Origin: an uncultured bacterium | GTDB lineage: Bacteria > Margulisbacteria > WOR-1 > CAVSGV01 | Assembly: GCA_963768305.1 (NCBI GenBank) | Contig: CAVYHE010000007.1 | Coordinates: forward strand, 96,001-160,000 | Reading direction: 5' to 3' | DNA length: 64,000 bases | Shown: piece by piece, positions 17,208 through 28,076 of the stretch | Numbering within the stretch: the first letter of the stretch is position 1 | How the letters are laid out: each line of letters begins with the position of its first letter | Notes under the pieces: model-generated | The model's database searches: none | What the model was told of the DNA's origin: nothing | What the model saw: the letters and a program-made list of their open reading frames with translations, nothing else | Program-made: the position numbers and the translations under genes

Positions 17208-19517
17208 ATGAGAAAGATATTGCTTTCTTTTATTTTCTTCAGCATCCTGCTCATCACATTATCCTACTGCGCCGGCAACGCGGAACTGGACCGCGCCGTC
17301 ACCCTTTACAAATGGAAATTCTACGATGATTCAATAGCCGAGCTGGATAAGCTCATTTCCGACAAAAAAGAGCCGTGGACAAGCAGGGCGTTTTTCCTTA
17401 AAGCGAACTGCCTGACGAAAAAAGGCGATTCCGCCGGGGCAGAATTGATCTTAAAAGGTCTCGCTGGTGACCCGAAGTTCGCGCTTTCCGATTATGCTGA
17501 ATTTTATCTGGGCGACCTAAGCTTTGACAAAAAACATTTTGATGAGGCCATTGCCAGTTATGACAAGGTCACCCAGAGGAGTGCGCTTCGAGTGGACGCC
17601 GCTATAAGAAAAGCTGAATGCCTTTTTAAGCTGGGGAAATTCGATGACGCCATCGCGATATGCAATTCACTTATTTCCAAAGACCCGACTTCAACCTCAA
17701 TGGATAAGGCAAGGCTTGTCCTGGGCCAATGCTACGAAAAGACCGGAAAATTGAAGGAAGCTGTAAAAGCCTATCATGAGATAGATACTTATACGCCACT
17801 TAGCCCGCTTGTGAAAGAAGCTGTTTCGAACATCAAGCACATATCTGGCATGTATAAAATATATCCTGAAGCAGCGACGGCGGAAGACATGTTCAACAAG
17901 GCCCAGGTGTATTACAATGCCGGGGACTTCCGCGCCGCCGGCGACACGTTCCAGAGGATAGTCGCGAATTACAGGGACAGCGATCTATGGGAAGAGTCGC
18001 TTTATAAGCTGGGGTTGTGCGATTACAGGAGAAGAAGACTGGCCTCATCCATCCAGAGGCTCAAGATGTGCGTAGCTCAGGGCGGGGATTTTGCCGCCGC
18101 CGCCCAGTTTTACATGGCGTTCGCGTACGGCAAGGCCGGTTATTTCTATCAGACGCTGGATTCGCTGGGAAAAGTGACGTCAAATTATCCTTCTTCCGAC
18201 TACGCCGACCACGCCGCTTATTATCTGGGGTATTATTACGAGATAAATCATTATCAGGATACCGCTCTGGAATATTACGACCGCTTTGTCCAGCAGTTCC
18301 AGAAAAGCGAATTTTTGGATGATGCCTACTGGAGGATAGGGATGATCTATTATTTCAGAAGGGATTATGCGAAAGCACGCGAAGCTTTTTCAAAGGCTCT
18401 GATGTCCTGTCAAAACGGCGACTGGCTTGACGCGTGTTCGTACTGGAAGGCACTTGCGGAAGAAAAAATGGGGGATAAACTGGACGCGATATCCTCGTAC
18501 AAGCTGGTCGTGTCGCGTTTTGATCATACATATTACAGCTATAGGGCAAGGGAAAGATTAGCTTCTCTTGGCGCTGATGTTCCTGACCTGAAAGAGGAGA
18601 AGGTGGACGAAAGCACGGCGAACATGTTAAGCGAAGGTCCTTTTGCTTACACTTCGTTCCCCGAGGACCAGACTTTCGTGGAGGAAGGACTTCCTCTGGA
18701 CGAAGCGGATGAGGACCATATTACGACGGTGGAAGCATTGCCGGCCAAAGGGATGGATCCCGCGGAGCATTTCAAAAAATACACGGAGCTGATGGCCGTA
18801 GGCTTTTATGAGGAGGCGGCGAAGGAAGCGGCTGTCCTTGTCATTATTTCCCCCCCAGACAAGAAAATGTCTGCAAAGCTGGCGCTGGCGACGGCGAATC
18901 TCGGAGCCGGAGAGATAAAAGATTCCATCGTTTATGCGGAAGCCGTCTGCGATAACGCGATACTGTGCGGAACCTCCGGCGATCTCCCTGTTTCGCTCTG
19001 GCGGCTCGCGTACCCGAAGGGATATTATAAATACGTGAGCGAATACGCGAATGAATATGGGCTTGATGAAGCGCTCGTACTGGCGGTGATAAGGGAGGAG
19101 AGCCGGTTCAATCCGAAAACGCTTTCATCCGCCCATGCGCGCGGCCTTATGCAGATAATCCCGCCCACGGGCAGGAGCCTGGCAAGGCTGATAGGATTAA
19201 GGCCATACTACACGAACCAGCTGCACGATCCTGACATGAACATAAGGATGGGCTGCGCTTATCTGGCACAGCTTATGAAGAGGTTCAATAACGATATGTT
19301 CATGGTCGTTGCCGCATACAACGGCGGCCCCATAAGGGTGCAAAAGTGGAGGAACAAATGGCTGAAGGAAGCGGGTTCAGAGATCGACATCGACGAATTC
19401 GTGGAAAGCATCCCTCTCCTGGAAACAAGGCGGTACGTTCAGAAGGTCATGAAAAGCTATTATGAATATAAACGGCATTATTCCCAGGGGCTCCCGCCGG
19501 TCCCCGTAAAAGGATAG
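17208..19517 (+). CDS. TPR-containing soluble lytic transglycosylase (Slt70-like)
   Basis: Signal peptide, TPR repeats, AVIREESRF, ARGLMQI, AAYNGG, ETRRYVQKV. Confidence 0.92.
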   Translation: MRKILLSFIFFSILLITLSYCAGNAELDRAVTLYKWKFYDDSIAELDKLISDKKEPWTSRAFFLKANCLTKKGDSAGAELILKGLAGDPKFALSDYAEFYLGDLSFDKKHFDEAIASYDKVTQRSALRVDAAIRKAECLFKLGKFDDAIAICNSLISKDPTSTSMDKARLVLGQCYEKTGKLKEAVKAYHEIDTYTPLSPLVKEAVSNIKHISGMYKIYPEAATAEDMFNKAQVYYNAGDFRAAGDTFQRIVANYRDSDLWEESLYKLGLCDYRRRRLASSIQRLKMCVAQGGDFAAAAQFYMAFAYGKAGYFYQTLDSLGKVTSNYPSSDYADHAAYYLGYYYEINHYQDTALEYYDRFVQQFQKSEFLDDAYWRIGMIYYFRRDYAKAREAFSKALMSCQNGDWLDACSYWKALAEEKMGDKLDAISSYKLVVSRFDHTYYSYRARERLASLGADVPDLKEEKVDESTANMLSEGPFAYTSFPEDQTFVEEGLPLDEADEDHITTVEALPAKGMDPAEHFKKYTELMAVGFYEEAAKEAAVLVIISPPDKKMSAKLALATANLGAGEIKDSIVYAEAVCDNAILCGTSGDLPVSLWRLAYPKGYYKYVSEYANEYGLDEALVLAVIREESRFNPKTLSSAHARGLMQIIPPTGRSLARLIGLRPYYTNQLHDPDMNIRMGCAYLAQLMKRFNNDMFMVVAAYNGGPIRVQKWRNKWLKEAGSEIDIDEFVESIPLLETRRYVQKVMKSYYEYKRHYSQGLPPVPVKG

Positions 19518-19523
19518 TCGATC

Positions 19524-20537
19524 ATGGAAAAAATAATAACTGTTGACCGCAAGGAAGAAGACCTGGCTTTTGTCGGCCTGCGTCCCAAAAATCTTTCTAA
19601 TTTCATCGGACAGGAGACGGTCAAGGGGAATCTCACCATCCACATGGACGCCGCGCGCAAAAGAAAAGAGGCGCTGGAACATATTTTATTATACGGGCCT
19701 CCGGGACTTGGAAAGACAACACTTGCTAATATCATTGCCAATGAAATGGGGGTTAATATTAAAATAACTTCCGGCCCCGCGATAGAAAGGCCGGGTGACC
19801 TGGCCGCTATTCTGACCAATCTCAAGGACTTCGATATTTTATTTATTGATGAAATTCATCGATTGAACCGGACCGTTGAAGAAGTTCTATATCCCGCGAT
19901 GGAAGATTTTGGGCTGGATATAATCATCGGGAAAGGGCCGTCGGCCAGGTCAATACGCTTGGACCTGCCAAGATTCACATTGATAGGCGCTACGACCAGG
20001 GCAGGACAGCTTACGTCACCTCTCCGCGACAGGTTCGGAATGATAGCGCGGCTTGAATTCTATACTGTCGACGAACTGAAGATCATCATCAAGCATTCTT
20101 CGGAGGTCCTGGGAATAAAGATAAACGATGAAAGCGCGACGGAGATAGCGAAAAGGTCCCGCGGCACACCCAGGATAGCGAACAGGATCCTGCGCCGGAT
20201 AAGGGACTATAGTCAGGTCAAGTCCCACGGCAGTATTGACCTGGAAGTCTCGACAGCCGCACTGAACAATCTGGATATTGATCCGCTCGGTCTTGATAAT
20301 GTGGACAGGAAGCTGCTGAAGACCATTATCGAAAAATTCGGCGGCGGCCCTGTAGGAGTAGAAACACTGGCGGCATCGATATCAGAGGAAGCGGAAACGA
20401 TAGAAGACGTTTACGAGCCGTATCTCATGCAGATCGGTTTCATGGAAAGGACGTCCCGCGGCAGGATGGCGACGGATGCCGCTTACAAACATTTAGGAAT
20501 ACAAAAAAAAGAAAAGCTGCAGGGGAAATTATTTTAA
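19524..20537 (+). CDS. ruvB: Holliday junction branch migration ATPase RuvB
   Basis: [47 protein letters not shown]. Confidence 0.97.
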   Translation: MEKIITVDRKEEDLAFVGLRPKNLSNFIGQETVKGNLTIHMDAARKRKEALEHILLYGPPGLGKTTLANIIANEMGVNIKITSGPAIERPGDLAAILTNLKDFDILFIDEIHRLNRTVEEVLYPAMEDFGLDIIIGKGPSARSIRLDLPRFTLIGATTRAGQLTSPLRDRFGMIARLEFYTVDELKIIIKHSSEVLGIKINDESATEIAKRSRGTPRIANRILRRIRDYSQVKSHGSIDLEVSTAALNNLDIDPLGLDNVDRKLLKTIIEKFGGGPVGVETLAASISEEAETIEDVYEPYLMQIGFMERTSRGRMATDAAYKHLGIQKKEKLQGKLF

Positions 20538-20622
20538 CCAGTATTGAATGATATAGTCTCATCCAGGCCATGATCTTCACTCCTTAAACGCAAGGACACC
20601 CAGGCTTAAAAGGAGGAGGGTT

Positions 20623-21714
20623 TTGGAAGTCCGGATCAATTTTGAGAACAAACCGCTATTTTTCCGCGATCCTGAAATGATCGTTATCTGCAAGGATCCT
20701 TTATGTTTCAATTCCGCACTGAAAGAACTGGAGCATTTGTCTAAATCTGGATACTGGCTGGCAGGATTCATTTCATACGAAGCCGGTTATTGCCTTGAAG
20801 AAAAATTATTTGATCCGATACCTTATGATTTTCCACTTCTAATGTTCGGAGCGTATAAAAATGCCGAAGATCGTGCTTCGCTGCCAAAAAAAACAGGGAA
20901 TTTCAAGATCAACAACCTGAAACCGAATATCTCATTTGATGATTACTCCCACAATATCGAACGGATCAGGCAATACATATCTATTGGTGATGTCTATCAG
21001 ATAACATACTGCGTTAAATATAAATTCGAACTTGCCGGCGATCCGTACGCGCTGTATAAAGAGCTTTTCTGCCGGCAGCCGGTCCCCTATCCGGCTTATA
21101 TCGATACGGGAGAATTTCAGATCCTTTCGCTTTCCCCGGAACGATTTATCAGGAAAAATAATGATCAAGTGTTGACGGAGCCGATGAAAGGCACGTGGCA
21201 CAGAGGGCGCAATGTTATCGCCGATATCATCGAAAAGTACAGGTTCTTTAATGATAAAAAGAACAGGGCCGAGAACATTATGATAGCTGACCTTTTGCGC
21301 AATGACCTGGGAAGGATTGGAACTGGTATCGCATGGCGGGATCTCTTCAAGGTGACAGCTTATAAAACTTTGTTCCAGATGACGTCAACAGTTACCGCGA
21401 AAGTGGCGCCGAACAGGGCATTTTCAACTCTTTTGTCCACTCTTTTCCCTTCCGGCTCTGTCACGGGCGCGCCGAAGATACGCGCCATGGAGGTGATCAG
21501 GGAAATTGAAGATGAGGAAAGGAACGTTTACACTGGAGCGATAGGATACATATCTCCAGACGGCAACATGTATTTCAATGTTCCCATCAGGACAATACTT
21601 GTCCGCGGCGGGGGGTGCGAGATGGGGATTGGCGGCGGCATAATATGGGATTCCACTCCCGAAGGCGAATGGGCCGAGACCCGGCTGAAAGCGGAATTCC
21701 TCGGTCAACCTTGA
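20623..21714 (+). CDS. pabB: Aminodeoxychorismate synthase component I (chorismate-binding protein)
   Basis: GDVYQI, SLSPERF, PMKGT, KNRAENIMIADLLRNDLGRI, FPSGSVTGAPKIRAM; SD AGGAGG before TTG. Confidence 0.85.
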   Translation: MEVRINFENKPLFFRDPEMIVICKDPLCFNSALKELEHLSKSGYWLAGFISYEAGYCLEEKLFDPIPYDFPLLMFGAYKNAEDRASLPKKTGNFKINNLKPNISFDDYSHNIERIRQYISIGDVYQITYCVKYKFELAGDPYALYKELFCRQPVPYPAYIDTGEFQILSLSPERFIRKNNDQVLTEPMKGTWHRGRNVIADIIEKYRFFNDKKNRAENIMIADLLRNDLGRIGTGIAWRDLFKVTAYKTLFQMTSTVTAKVAPNRAFSTLLSTLFPSGSVTGAPKIRAMEVIREIEDEERNVYTGAIGYISPDGNMYFNVPIRTILVRGGGCEMGIGGGIIWDSTPEGEWAETRLKAEFLGQP

Positions 21715-21768
21715 ATAATAACGGGAATGAACATATAATATGGACCGGCAGCCGAAAGGAGAAATTTT

Positions 21769-22038
21769 ATGGCATTCAGAAGCTTGGTCATGTCCATTAT
21801 CCTGGCAATGCTTCTTACATGGTTCGCGCTTTTGAACTCACAGGTAGTAAGCATTTCTCTTCTGGTCTGGTCCTTCAATACCTATCTTTCAATTGTAATA
21901 TTCATCTCTATACTTGTCGGAATATTGTTCACCGGGCTTATCTCCGCGATGGAGCAGAGAAAATTCCTTTCCAGGATCAGCGAGCTTGAAGGCAAGTTGA
22001 AGGTGGAAGAAAAGCTCATAAAAGGCGAAAAAAAATAA
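21769..22038 (+). CDS. LapA-family small membrane protein
   Basis: Two hydrophobic segments, FALLNSQVVSISLL motif, charged coiled-coil tail. Confidence 0.7.
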   Translation: MAFRSLVMSIILAMLLTWFALLNSQVVSISLLVWSFNTYLSIVIFISILVGILFTGLISAMEQRKFLSRISELEGKLKVEEKLIKGEKK

Positions 22039-22043
22039 CCTCT

Positions 22044-22634
22044 ATGGCAAAACGGACCTCTGCGATCAAAAGGAAGACCGGCGAAACGAATATTTCCATT
22101 TCCCTGAACATTGACGGCAAGGGGAAAAGCTCCATCAAGACCGGCATTCCATTTTTTGACCACATGCTAACGCTTTTCTCAAAGCATGGGCTTTTTGACA
22201 TCAAACTGTCAGCAAAAGGCGATATCAACGTGGATTTTCACCATACCGTGGAGGATGTAGGCATCTGCCTGGGCCAGGCGTTCAAGGAAGCTCTCGGCGG
22301 CAAATATGGCATCGTCCGGTACGGTGAATCAAAGGTGCCCATGGATGAAGCGCTCGCGGAGGTCATCATCGACATAAGCGGCCGCCCCCACCTTACATAT
22401 AATGTGCCGTTCGAGAAGACGAAATTCATCGATTTTGATGTGGAGGTGGTCCGTGAATTCTTTGAGGCATTCGTCCTGAATTCTGCGATCACAGTGCATG
22501 TCAATCTGATCCGCGGCAGGAACATGCATCACATAATAGAAGCGGTCTTCAAGGCTTTCGCTGTGACGCTTTCGAAAGCCTGCGCCATAGACCCGCGCAA
22601 AAAAGGCATCCCATCCACAAAAGGCGTCCTTTGA
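22044..22634 (+). CDS. hisB: Imidazoleglycerol-phosphate dehydratase
   Basis: TGIPFFDHML, DFHHTVED, PMDEAL, NMHHIIEA, PSTKGVL. Confidence 0.97.
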   Translation: MAKRTSAIKRKTGETNISISLNIDGKGKSSIKTGIPFFDHMLTLFSKHGLFDIKLSAKGDINVDFHHTVEDVGICLGQAFKEALGGKYGIVRYGESKVPMDEALAEVIIDISGRPHLTYNVPFEKTKFIDFDVEVVREFFEAFVLNSAITVHVNLIRGRNMHHIIEAVFKAFAVTLSKACAIDPRKKGIPSTKGVL

Positions 22635-22641
22635 GGTATAA

Positions 22642-23376
22642 TTGATCTCTATGAATTCTCAGGAATATAAATACAGGAAACTTATCAATGCGAAGGGCCT
22701 GGTACGCAGCGCCGTCATTGAAAAAGATTCCGACCTGCTGATATTTGCTGACAGAGCGCTCACTACACCGGCGCATGAAACCCTTATAAGAGAAAGAAAA
22801 GAGCTGTTCAACTTCATGGCGAAGAACCCGAAATTTGAAAAGACGCTCAAGCCTTATGCCGCCTCGTTATTTTCGCCGAAGATAATAAAGCTGATGTCAT
22901 GGGCCGCGCACAGAGCAAATGTGGGACCCATGGCAGCCATGGGCGGCGCCATAGCCGAGCTTGTCGGCACCTGTCTCATGAAATATTCAAAGGAAGTGAT
23001 AGTCGAGAACGGCGGAGACATTTTCGTGAAGTTGACCAAGCCGAGAAGGATAGGCATTTACGCGCAAAAATCTTCTTTTTCCGAAAAGATAGCCCTTGAG
23101 ATCTCGCCGGCCGACACGCCGCTTGGCATCTGCACATCTATCGGTACAGCAGGCCATACAATTACTTTAGGATCAGCTGATGCGGTTATCGTGACCGCAA
23201 GGTCTTGCGCGCTAGCCGATGCCGCAGCCACTGCGATCGGGAACGTCGTGACCAGCGAAAAAACCATAGAAGAAGGGCTGAACATGGCAAAGAAGATAAA
23301 AGGCCTTCACGGCGCGCTCATCATCAAGAATGACGTTATGGGAGCATGGGGAACATTAAAGATAGTTTCACTTTAA
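22642..23376 (+). CDS. UPF0280 / ApbE-superfamily protein
   Basis: VGPMAAMGGAIA, IVENGGDIF, GICTS, LADAAATAIGN. Confidence 0.85.
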   Translation: MISMNSQEYKYRKLINAKGLVRSAVIEKDSDLLIFADRALTTPAHETLIRERKELFNFMAKNPKFEKTLKPYAASLFSPKIIKLMSWAAHRANVGPMAAMGGAIAELVGTCLMKYSKEVIVENGGDIFVKLTKPRRIGIYAQKSSFSEKIALEISPADTPLGICTSIGTAGHTITLGSADAVIVTARSCALADAAATAIGNVVTSEKTIEEGLNMAKKIKGLHGALIIKNDVMGAWGTLKIVSL

Positions 23377-24615
23377 TGCCGGAAGCGTATTGTACGCGTT
23401 CGGCATGATGTAAGCCGGTTCATTTATCCCCGCAAGGTTCATCGCTTCCGCAAGATTTTCCGCGGGAATGATGCCGAATTTTTGAATCGTTCCTCTATCC
23501 AGTTTTGACATCCAGATGATGCGAAATCTTTCTGCTTTTTTTAAAGCCGAAAGTATCGTATGCCCCGGAATAGTGAACTTCTTTTTCAATTCCTCTTCGA
23601 TCGCCTTTGCCGAGCCAAGATTTACGTATTTCATATATTCGCCGGATGGGAATCCTTCCCCGGATTCGCCCAGAAGGATCATTGTTCCGCCGTCTTCAAG
23701 CGCGTAGGAAGCGTTCTCCATTGCTTTGTGCGTCTGGACAAAATTGAGGTCTTTTGTTCCGCCGCCGGAGGATGCGATGACGAATTTCGCCTTCTTTTCG
23801 ATGCCAACCTTAAAGTTATTATCAAGAGCTTCGCATCCGGCTTCGTGGCCCGCCTGAAGATCGCCCGCGAAGATCGAGGAGATCCTTCCGGAATCATCCA
23901 TTATCACATTGAATATCATGTCGGGCTCCAGCATTTTCGCGGCTTCCAGCATATCCTCGTGGACAGGATTCCCTTCAAGGACGCCTGTTTTCGCTTTATC
24001 GCTTGTCAGGCAAAGTTTATGATTTGTCTGTATCGTTTGGAACGCTGATACCCCGGGAAGTACCGCTTTTCTTCCCCCGCCGTATCCCGCGAAATAGTGA
24101 TATGTTATGGCGCCTGTCAGGATGATCCTGTCGGCTCCAGCAACTTTTTTATTGACCTCGACTTTTGTGCCTCTTGATGTGACACCCAGATCTATCAGAT
24201 TATTCTGATCATTGCAATCGTGGTCGAGAAGTTCGATCCTTCCGGCTATCTCTTCCCCCACTATTTCAGCGTGTTCTTTCTTTGAATGAAGGCGGTGAGT
24301 TCCGCAGGAAAACATGATGAAAATGTCGCTATCAGGTATTCCGATCGAATTGAGCTCATTGATGATGACAGGCAGAAAAACCGATGCCGCGACATTCCTT
24401 GTCCTGTCGGAAACTATTATCGCGGTCGTGTCCCCGGGATTGAATATCTCGCGCAGGCCTTTGGATGAGATCGGATATGTAAGGACCCTTTTGATCTTTT
24501 CTTCGAAGTTCGTGAGCGGTGACAGTTTCTTTCCGCTAAGCACGGACAGGATATTTCCTTCGTCCAGTTTAAGGGTGATCTTCTTCTTGCCGTATCTCAG
24601 GTCAAGGGTTTTCAA
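23368..24615 (-). CDS. larA: Nickel-pincer-dependent lactate racemase family protein
   Basis: VSDRTR, GTHR, HYFAGYGGGRKAVLPGVS, NPVHEDM. Confidence 0.85.
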   Translation of the reverse strand: MKTLDLRYGKKKITLKLDEGNILSVLSGKKLSPLTNFEEKIKRVLTYPISSKGLREIFNPGDTTAIIVSDRTRNVAASVFLPVIINELNSIGIPDSDIFIMFSCGTHRLHSKKEHAEIVGEEIAGRIELLDHDCNDQNNLIDLGVTSRGTKVEVNKKVAGADRIILTGAITYHYFAGYGGGRKAVLPGVSAFQTIQTNHKLCLTSDKAKTGVLEGNPVHEDMLEAAKMLEPDMIFNVIMDDSGRISSIFAGDLQAGHEAGCEALDNNFKVGIEKKAKFVIASSGGGTKDLNFVQTHKAMENASYALEDGGTMILLGESGEGFPSGEYMKYVNLGSAKAIEEELKKKFTIPGHTILSALKKAERFRIIWMSKLDRGTIQKFGIIPAENLAEAMNLAGINEPAYIMPNAYNTLPALK

Positions 24616-24631
24616 GTTAAAAAGGCCGTTC

Positions 24632-24985
24632 TCAAATGTTCTTTAAGAAGACGGTATCTCCCTCTCTTGCGTGATCTTTGACCTTTATCCCTATATCGTC
24701 GCCTTTTTTCACTTTATCGACGTTTTGATGCTCTATCTGGATCGAATCCACCCTTTGCTCAAAATCGGTGGTGTGGCCTTTTATGTGGATAATGTCCCCA
24801 ACTTTCATAGGGGCTTTCATTTTTACCGCCGCCACCATTATCTTTCCGAAATAATGCTCCACCTCACCCAGTTTTTTCTCTTTTTTTACTTTTGGCTTCG
24901 CAGCTTTCTTTACAATTTTCTTCGCGGTTTTCTTTGCTGATTTCTTTTTCGCAGGCTTTTTCATCGCTTTCATTTTTGCCACCAT
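24632..24985 (-). CDS. Translation elongation factor-like beta-barrel protein with Lys/Ala-rich N-terminus
   Basis: GEVEHYFGKIMVA...GDIIHIKGHTTDFEQRVDSIQIEH...GDDIGIKV; SD AGGAGG. Confidence 0.75.
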   Translation of the reverse strand: MVAKMKAMKKPAKKKSAKKTAKKIVKKAAKPKVKKEKKLGEVEHYFGKIMVAAVKMKAPMKVGDIIHIKGHTTDFEQRVDSIQIEHQNVDKVKKGDDIGIKVKDHAREGDTVFLKNI

Positions 24986-25074
24986 TAGAGCACCTCCTTG
25001 ATTAAGCGTATTTTAAGCTTATGCAGGGGGTTTTTCAAATGGAAAATGCGATATCTGCGATCAAACAGGAAAAA

Positions 25075-25566
25075 TCAAAACAGCCAAAAATGATGTTTAG
25101 GTGACGGGTCTTTTATTATATGATTGAATAGCTCGTCGTAAGTCTTCTTGACATAATCAATATCTTTTCCGGCCTTTTCTACGCCCTCTTGTTTTATTAG
25201 GTCATCTTTTTTCAGCACTATTAAGCGAAGCATCTGGTCCAGTGTTTTCAACGCCTCTTTTTCGATCTTATTGGGGACGATCTCCTCATGTTTCGCGTAT
25301 TCCTTGTTCCTCAACGCAATGTCAAGAGGGGTTAGCCCGAGATCTACTATCCCTTGTTCGTTTGACAATACCGTCATCTTGCTGGACCGCTCCCCGTGCT
25401 TACTGATCGCATATTCCTCGCTGTATCCGCTGGGATCGGTGCCGCTGACTTTGATCCTATATTCGTCGTCACTTTGAGATAGATCATATTGTGTTCCATT
25501 GATACACGGCAATACCGTTATCGCTTTATGGACAGGATCCACATAACAAATTCCGCAATCGCCCAT
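25075..25566 (-). CDS. Hypothetical protein
   Basis: 163-aa ORF with AGGAG upstream; no recognised motif. Confidence 0.55.
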   Translation of the reverse strand: MGDCGICYVDPVHKAITVLPCINGTQYDLSQSDDEYRIKVSGTDPSGYSEEYAISKHGERSSKMTVLSNEQGIVDLGLTPLDIALRNKEYAKHEEIVPNKIEKEALKTLDQMLRLIVLKKDDLIKQEGVEKAGKDIDYVKKTYDELFNHIIKDPSPKHHFWLF

Positions 25567-25686
25567 TTTTTTGTCTCCTTTATGATCAACAAACTTTATA
25601 CCTTTATTTATCGTTACATTTCCACAAAAATTTCACTTTTTTCATCACCCCTTTCCCGCACTCCGCCAGAATGTTATAATCTGCCC

Positions 25687-26865
25687 ATGCTCTGGCTCTT
25701 AATATTGATAGTATTCCTCCTTGTCCTTCTCTGTATTTATTACATAAACGAGATAGAGGTTGAAAAGATAATAGAGAACGACGCGGCCAGAAAAGGCCTG
25801 AAAATAGGCATCGTCTCGGACTGGCACAACACCGGTGTTCCCGTTCAGTCAAAATTCCTATCAAAATGCCTCAGTAAAAAGCATGAGGTCTTCATCTTTG
25901 CTTACAATAAATATTTCAACGACGGAGCTGATTGGGGCTTCAAAAAACTGGTTTTTACCAAGCAGATAAAACCGTGGAAGGTGATCGATTGGATCAAAAA
26001 AGAAGGCCTGGGCGTCGTCTTCTTCCCAGATCGCCTGGAAGATCCGGAAGTCCTGGACTGGTGCAAAAATAGCGGCGTGGACACGATAATGGTGATCAAT
26101 TATGAGACCATCAAGAAGGAAGAATTCGATATTTACAAGAAATATACGATATTGATGTGCCCGGTAAAATGCACTTATGACCTGCTCAAAAAGCACGGAT
26201 TAAGGAATATTCGTTTCATCCGCTGGGCCGTGGATGATGAAGTATTTCTTCCGGCAAAAGCCCTGTTCAAGTCCCTTGTCAGATTCATTCACAACGCCGG
26301 ATACGGCGGGGCGGATTGGAGAAAGAATTCTCTCGCGGTGGTAGAAGCGTTCAATGCGGCCTGCAAGAAGGATAGGAACATCGTTCTGATCTTCAAATCG
26401 CAGCGTCCGATCAATGAGTATCCGCAAAAGATGATCGATCTTGTAAATGATAACGGCATGATAAGGGTCGTCGATAAAGATCTGCCCGCAAAAGAATTGA
26501 TCGAACTTTACCGCTCCTGTCATGTTTCAATTTTGCCGAGCAAGTGGGAGGGAATAGGGATCCCATTTATCGAATCCCTTTGTCTGGGACTGCCGGTGAT
26601 CACCGTTAATGCCCCGCCGATGAACGAATGGGTAAAAGACGGACATAACGGCCTTCTGGCCCGCGTGGAAAAATGGGAGGTCCGCAGGGACAGGCAGCTT
26701 CCGGTGAAGGGGGCGCTTGTGGACGTTAACGATCTGGCGCAAAAGATATTAAAGCTTTCGAACATTAAAACGATCCAAAGGATGGGAATGAGCGCCGCCA
26801 GGTCCTCAAAAGGAATGAAAAAACGCTTCATTAAAGAAGTTGAGGGGCTGATAGCGTCATTATGA
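25687..26865 (+). CDS. Glycosyltransferase family 4 with N-terminal membrane anchor
   Basis: ILPSKWEGIGIPFIES..GLPVI..PMNEWV GT-B motif; ATG 25687 precedes a hydrophobic helix. Confidence 0.85.
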   Translation: MLWLLILIVFLLVLLCIYYINEIEVEKIIENDAARKGLKIGIVSDWHNTGVPVQSKFLSKCLSKKHEVFIFAYNKYFNDGADWGFKKLVFTKQIKPWKVIDWIKKEGLGVVFFPDRLEDPEVLDWCKNSGVDTIMVINYETIKKEEFDIYKKYTILMCPVKCTYDLLKKHGLRNIRFIRWAVDDEVFLPAKALFKSLVRFIHNAGYGGADWRKNSLAVVEAFNAACKKDRNIVLIFKSQRPINEYPQKMIDLVNDNGMIRVVDKDLPAKELIELYRSCHVSILPSKWEGIGIPFIESLCLGLPVITVNAPPMNEWVKDGHNGLLARVEKWEVRRDRQLPVKGALVDVNDLAQKILKLSNIKTIQRMGMSAARSSKGMKKRFIKEVEGLIASL

Positions 26866-28076
26866 AAAAAGCCGCGATAATCGCGCCGAATTCGCTTCCT
26901 GTTCCTCCTGTAAGAGGAGGCGGTATCCAGGCGGTCATCGCCGAAACAACTCCTCTTTTCAGGAAATTTAAACCGTATGTCTTCTCGAACTGCGAATACG
27001 GGATCGATAAGCTCCCTCTTAAGGAAACCATCGGCAATGTGGAGCACAGGCGTATTTGCCTGTCGGGATGGGATGAATTCAAGATCAATCTCATGCGGCT
27101 GTCCACGCTTAATTACCTCCCTTACGTTCTGAAAATAATAGAGCAGATAAAAGAGCTGCAGCCGGACGTAATAGAGGTCATGAACAGGCCGTGGTTCCTT
27201 CCGATCCTGCGAAAGCATCTCGGGCCGGACGTAAAGATAATCCTCCATCATTTTAATAATTATCTGATGGAGATGTCGGCAAAAAAGGCGAAAATGTACC
27301 TTGACCTTGTGGATGGGTTCATAGGATGCAGCGATTTCACTGTGGGCGTAGAAGTGCTTAAAAGGTTCCCTGAACTTGCGGAAAAAGTTTACACGGTCAG
27401 CAACGGCATGGACCCGTCCGTGTTCGATCCGGGAGCGTTGGACAGGCATGCAATGGAAAAACTGCGGGAAAAATACGGGATCAAAAGCGATGACATCATC
27501 ATTTTATATGTGGGCAGGCTTTCAAAGCTCAAGGGCGCGGGCATTCTCCTTGAAGCCGTGAAAGTTCTCGTGTCCAACCTAAGGATGAGATCGGTGAAGC
27601 TTATGATAGTAGGTTCCAGCTTCTTCGGCGGCAAAACAAAGATCACGCCGTTCATTAAAGAGCTTCAAAAGGAGTCTCGGGACGTGAAGGATAATATAAT
27701 CTTCACCGGATTCATAGGCCGTTCTGAGATGCCCAACATTTATGGGCTCGCGAACATTGCCGCGGTCCCGTCAATCGTGATGGACGCATCCCCTTCCGTG
27801 TGCTACGAAGCTTCATCCATGTCATTGCCGATAGTAGGGACAAAGAGAGGCGGCATCCCCGAAATAGTGCAGGACGGAAGGACCGGGCTGCTTGTGAACG
27901 ATCCCGAAGATATCGATGATCTGGCCGAAAAACTGCTTTATTTCGTCAAAAACCCCGAAGATGCCAGGGACTTCGGGCGGCGCGGCAGGCTCTTGATGCA
28001 AAAGCAATATACTTGGGAGATAGTAGCTGGTAAAATAGAGGAAGTTTACAGGAAAGTTCTGGAAGGAAGGAAATAA
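26862..28076 (+). CDS. Glycosyltransferase family 4
   Basis: PVPPVRGGGI, YVGRLSKLKG, YEASSMSLPIVGTKRGGIPEIV. Confidence 0.9.
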   Translation: MKKAAIIAPNSLPVPPVRGGGIQAVIAETTPLFRKFKPYVFSNCEYGIDKLPLKETIGNVEHRRICLSGWDEFKINLMRLSTLNYLPYVLKIIEQIKELQPDVIEVMNRPWFLPILRKHLGPDVKIILHHFNNYLMEMSAKKAKMYLDLVDGFIGCSDFTVGVEVLKRFPELAEKVYTVSNGMDPSVFDPGALDRHAMEKLREKYGIKSDDIIILYVGRLSKLKGAGILLEAVKVLVSNLRMRSVKLMIVGSSFFGGKTKITPFIKELQKESRDVKDNIIFTGFIGRSEMPNIYGLANIAAVPSIVMDASPSVCYEASSMSLPIVGTKRGGIPEIVQDGRTGLLVNDPEDIDDLAEKLLYFVKNPEDARDFGRRGRLLMQKQYTWEIVAGKIEEVYRKVLEGRK

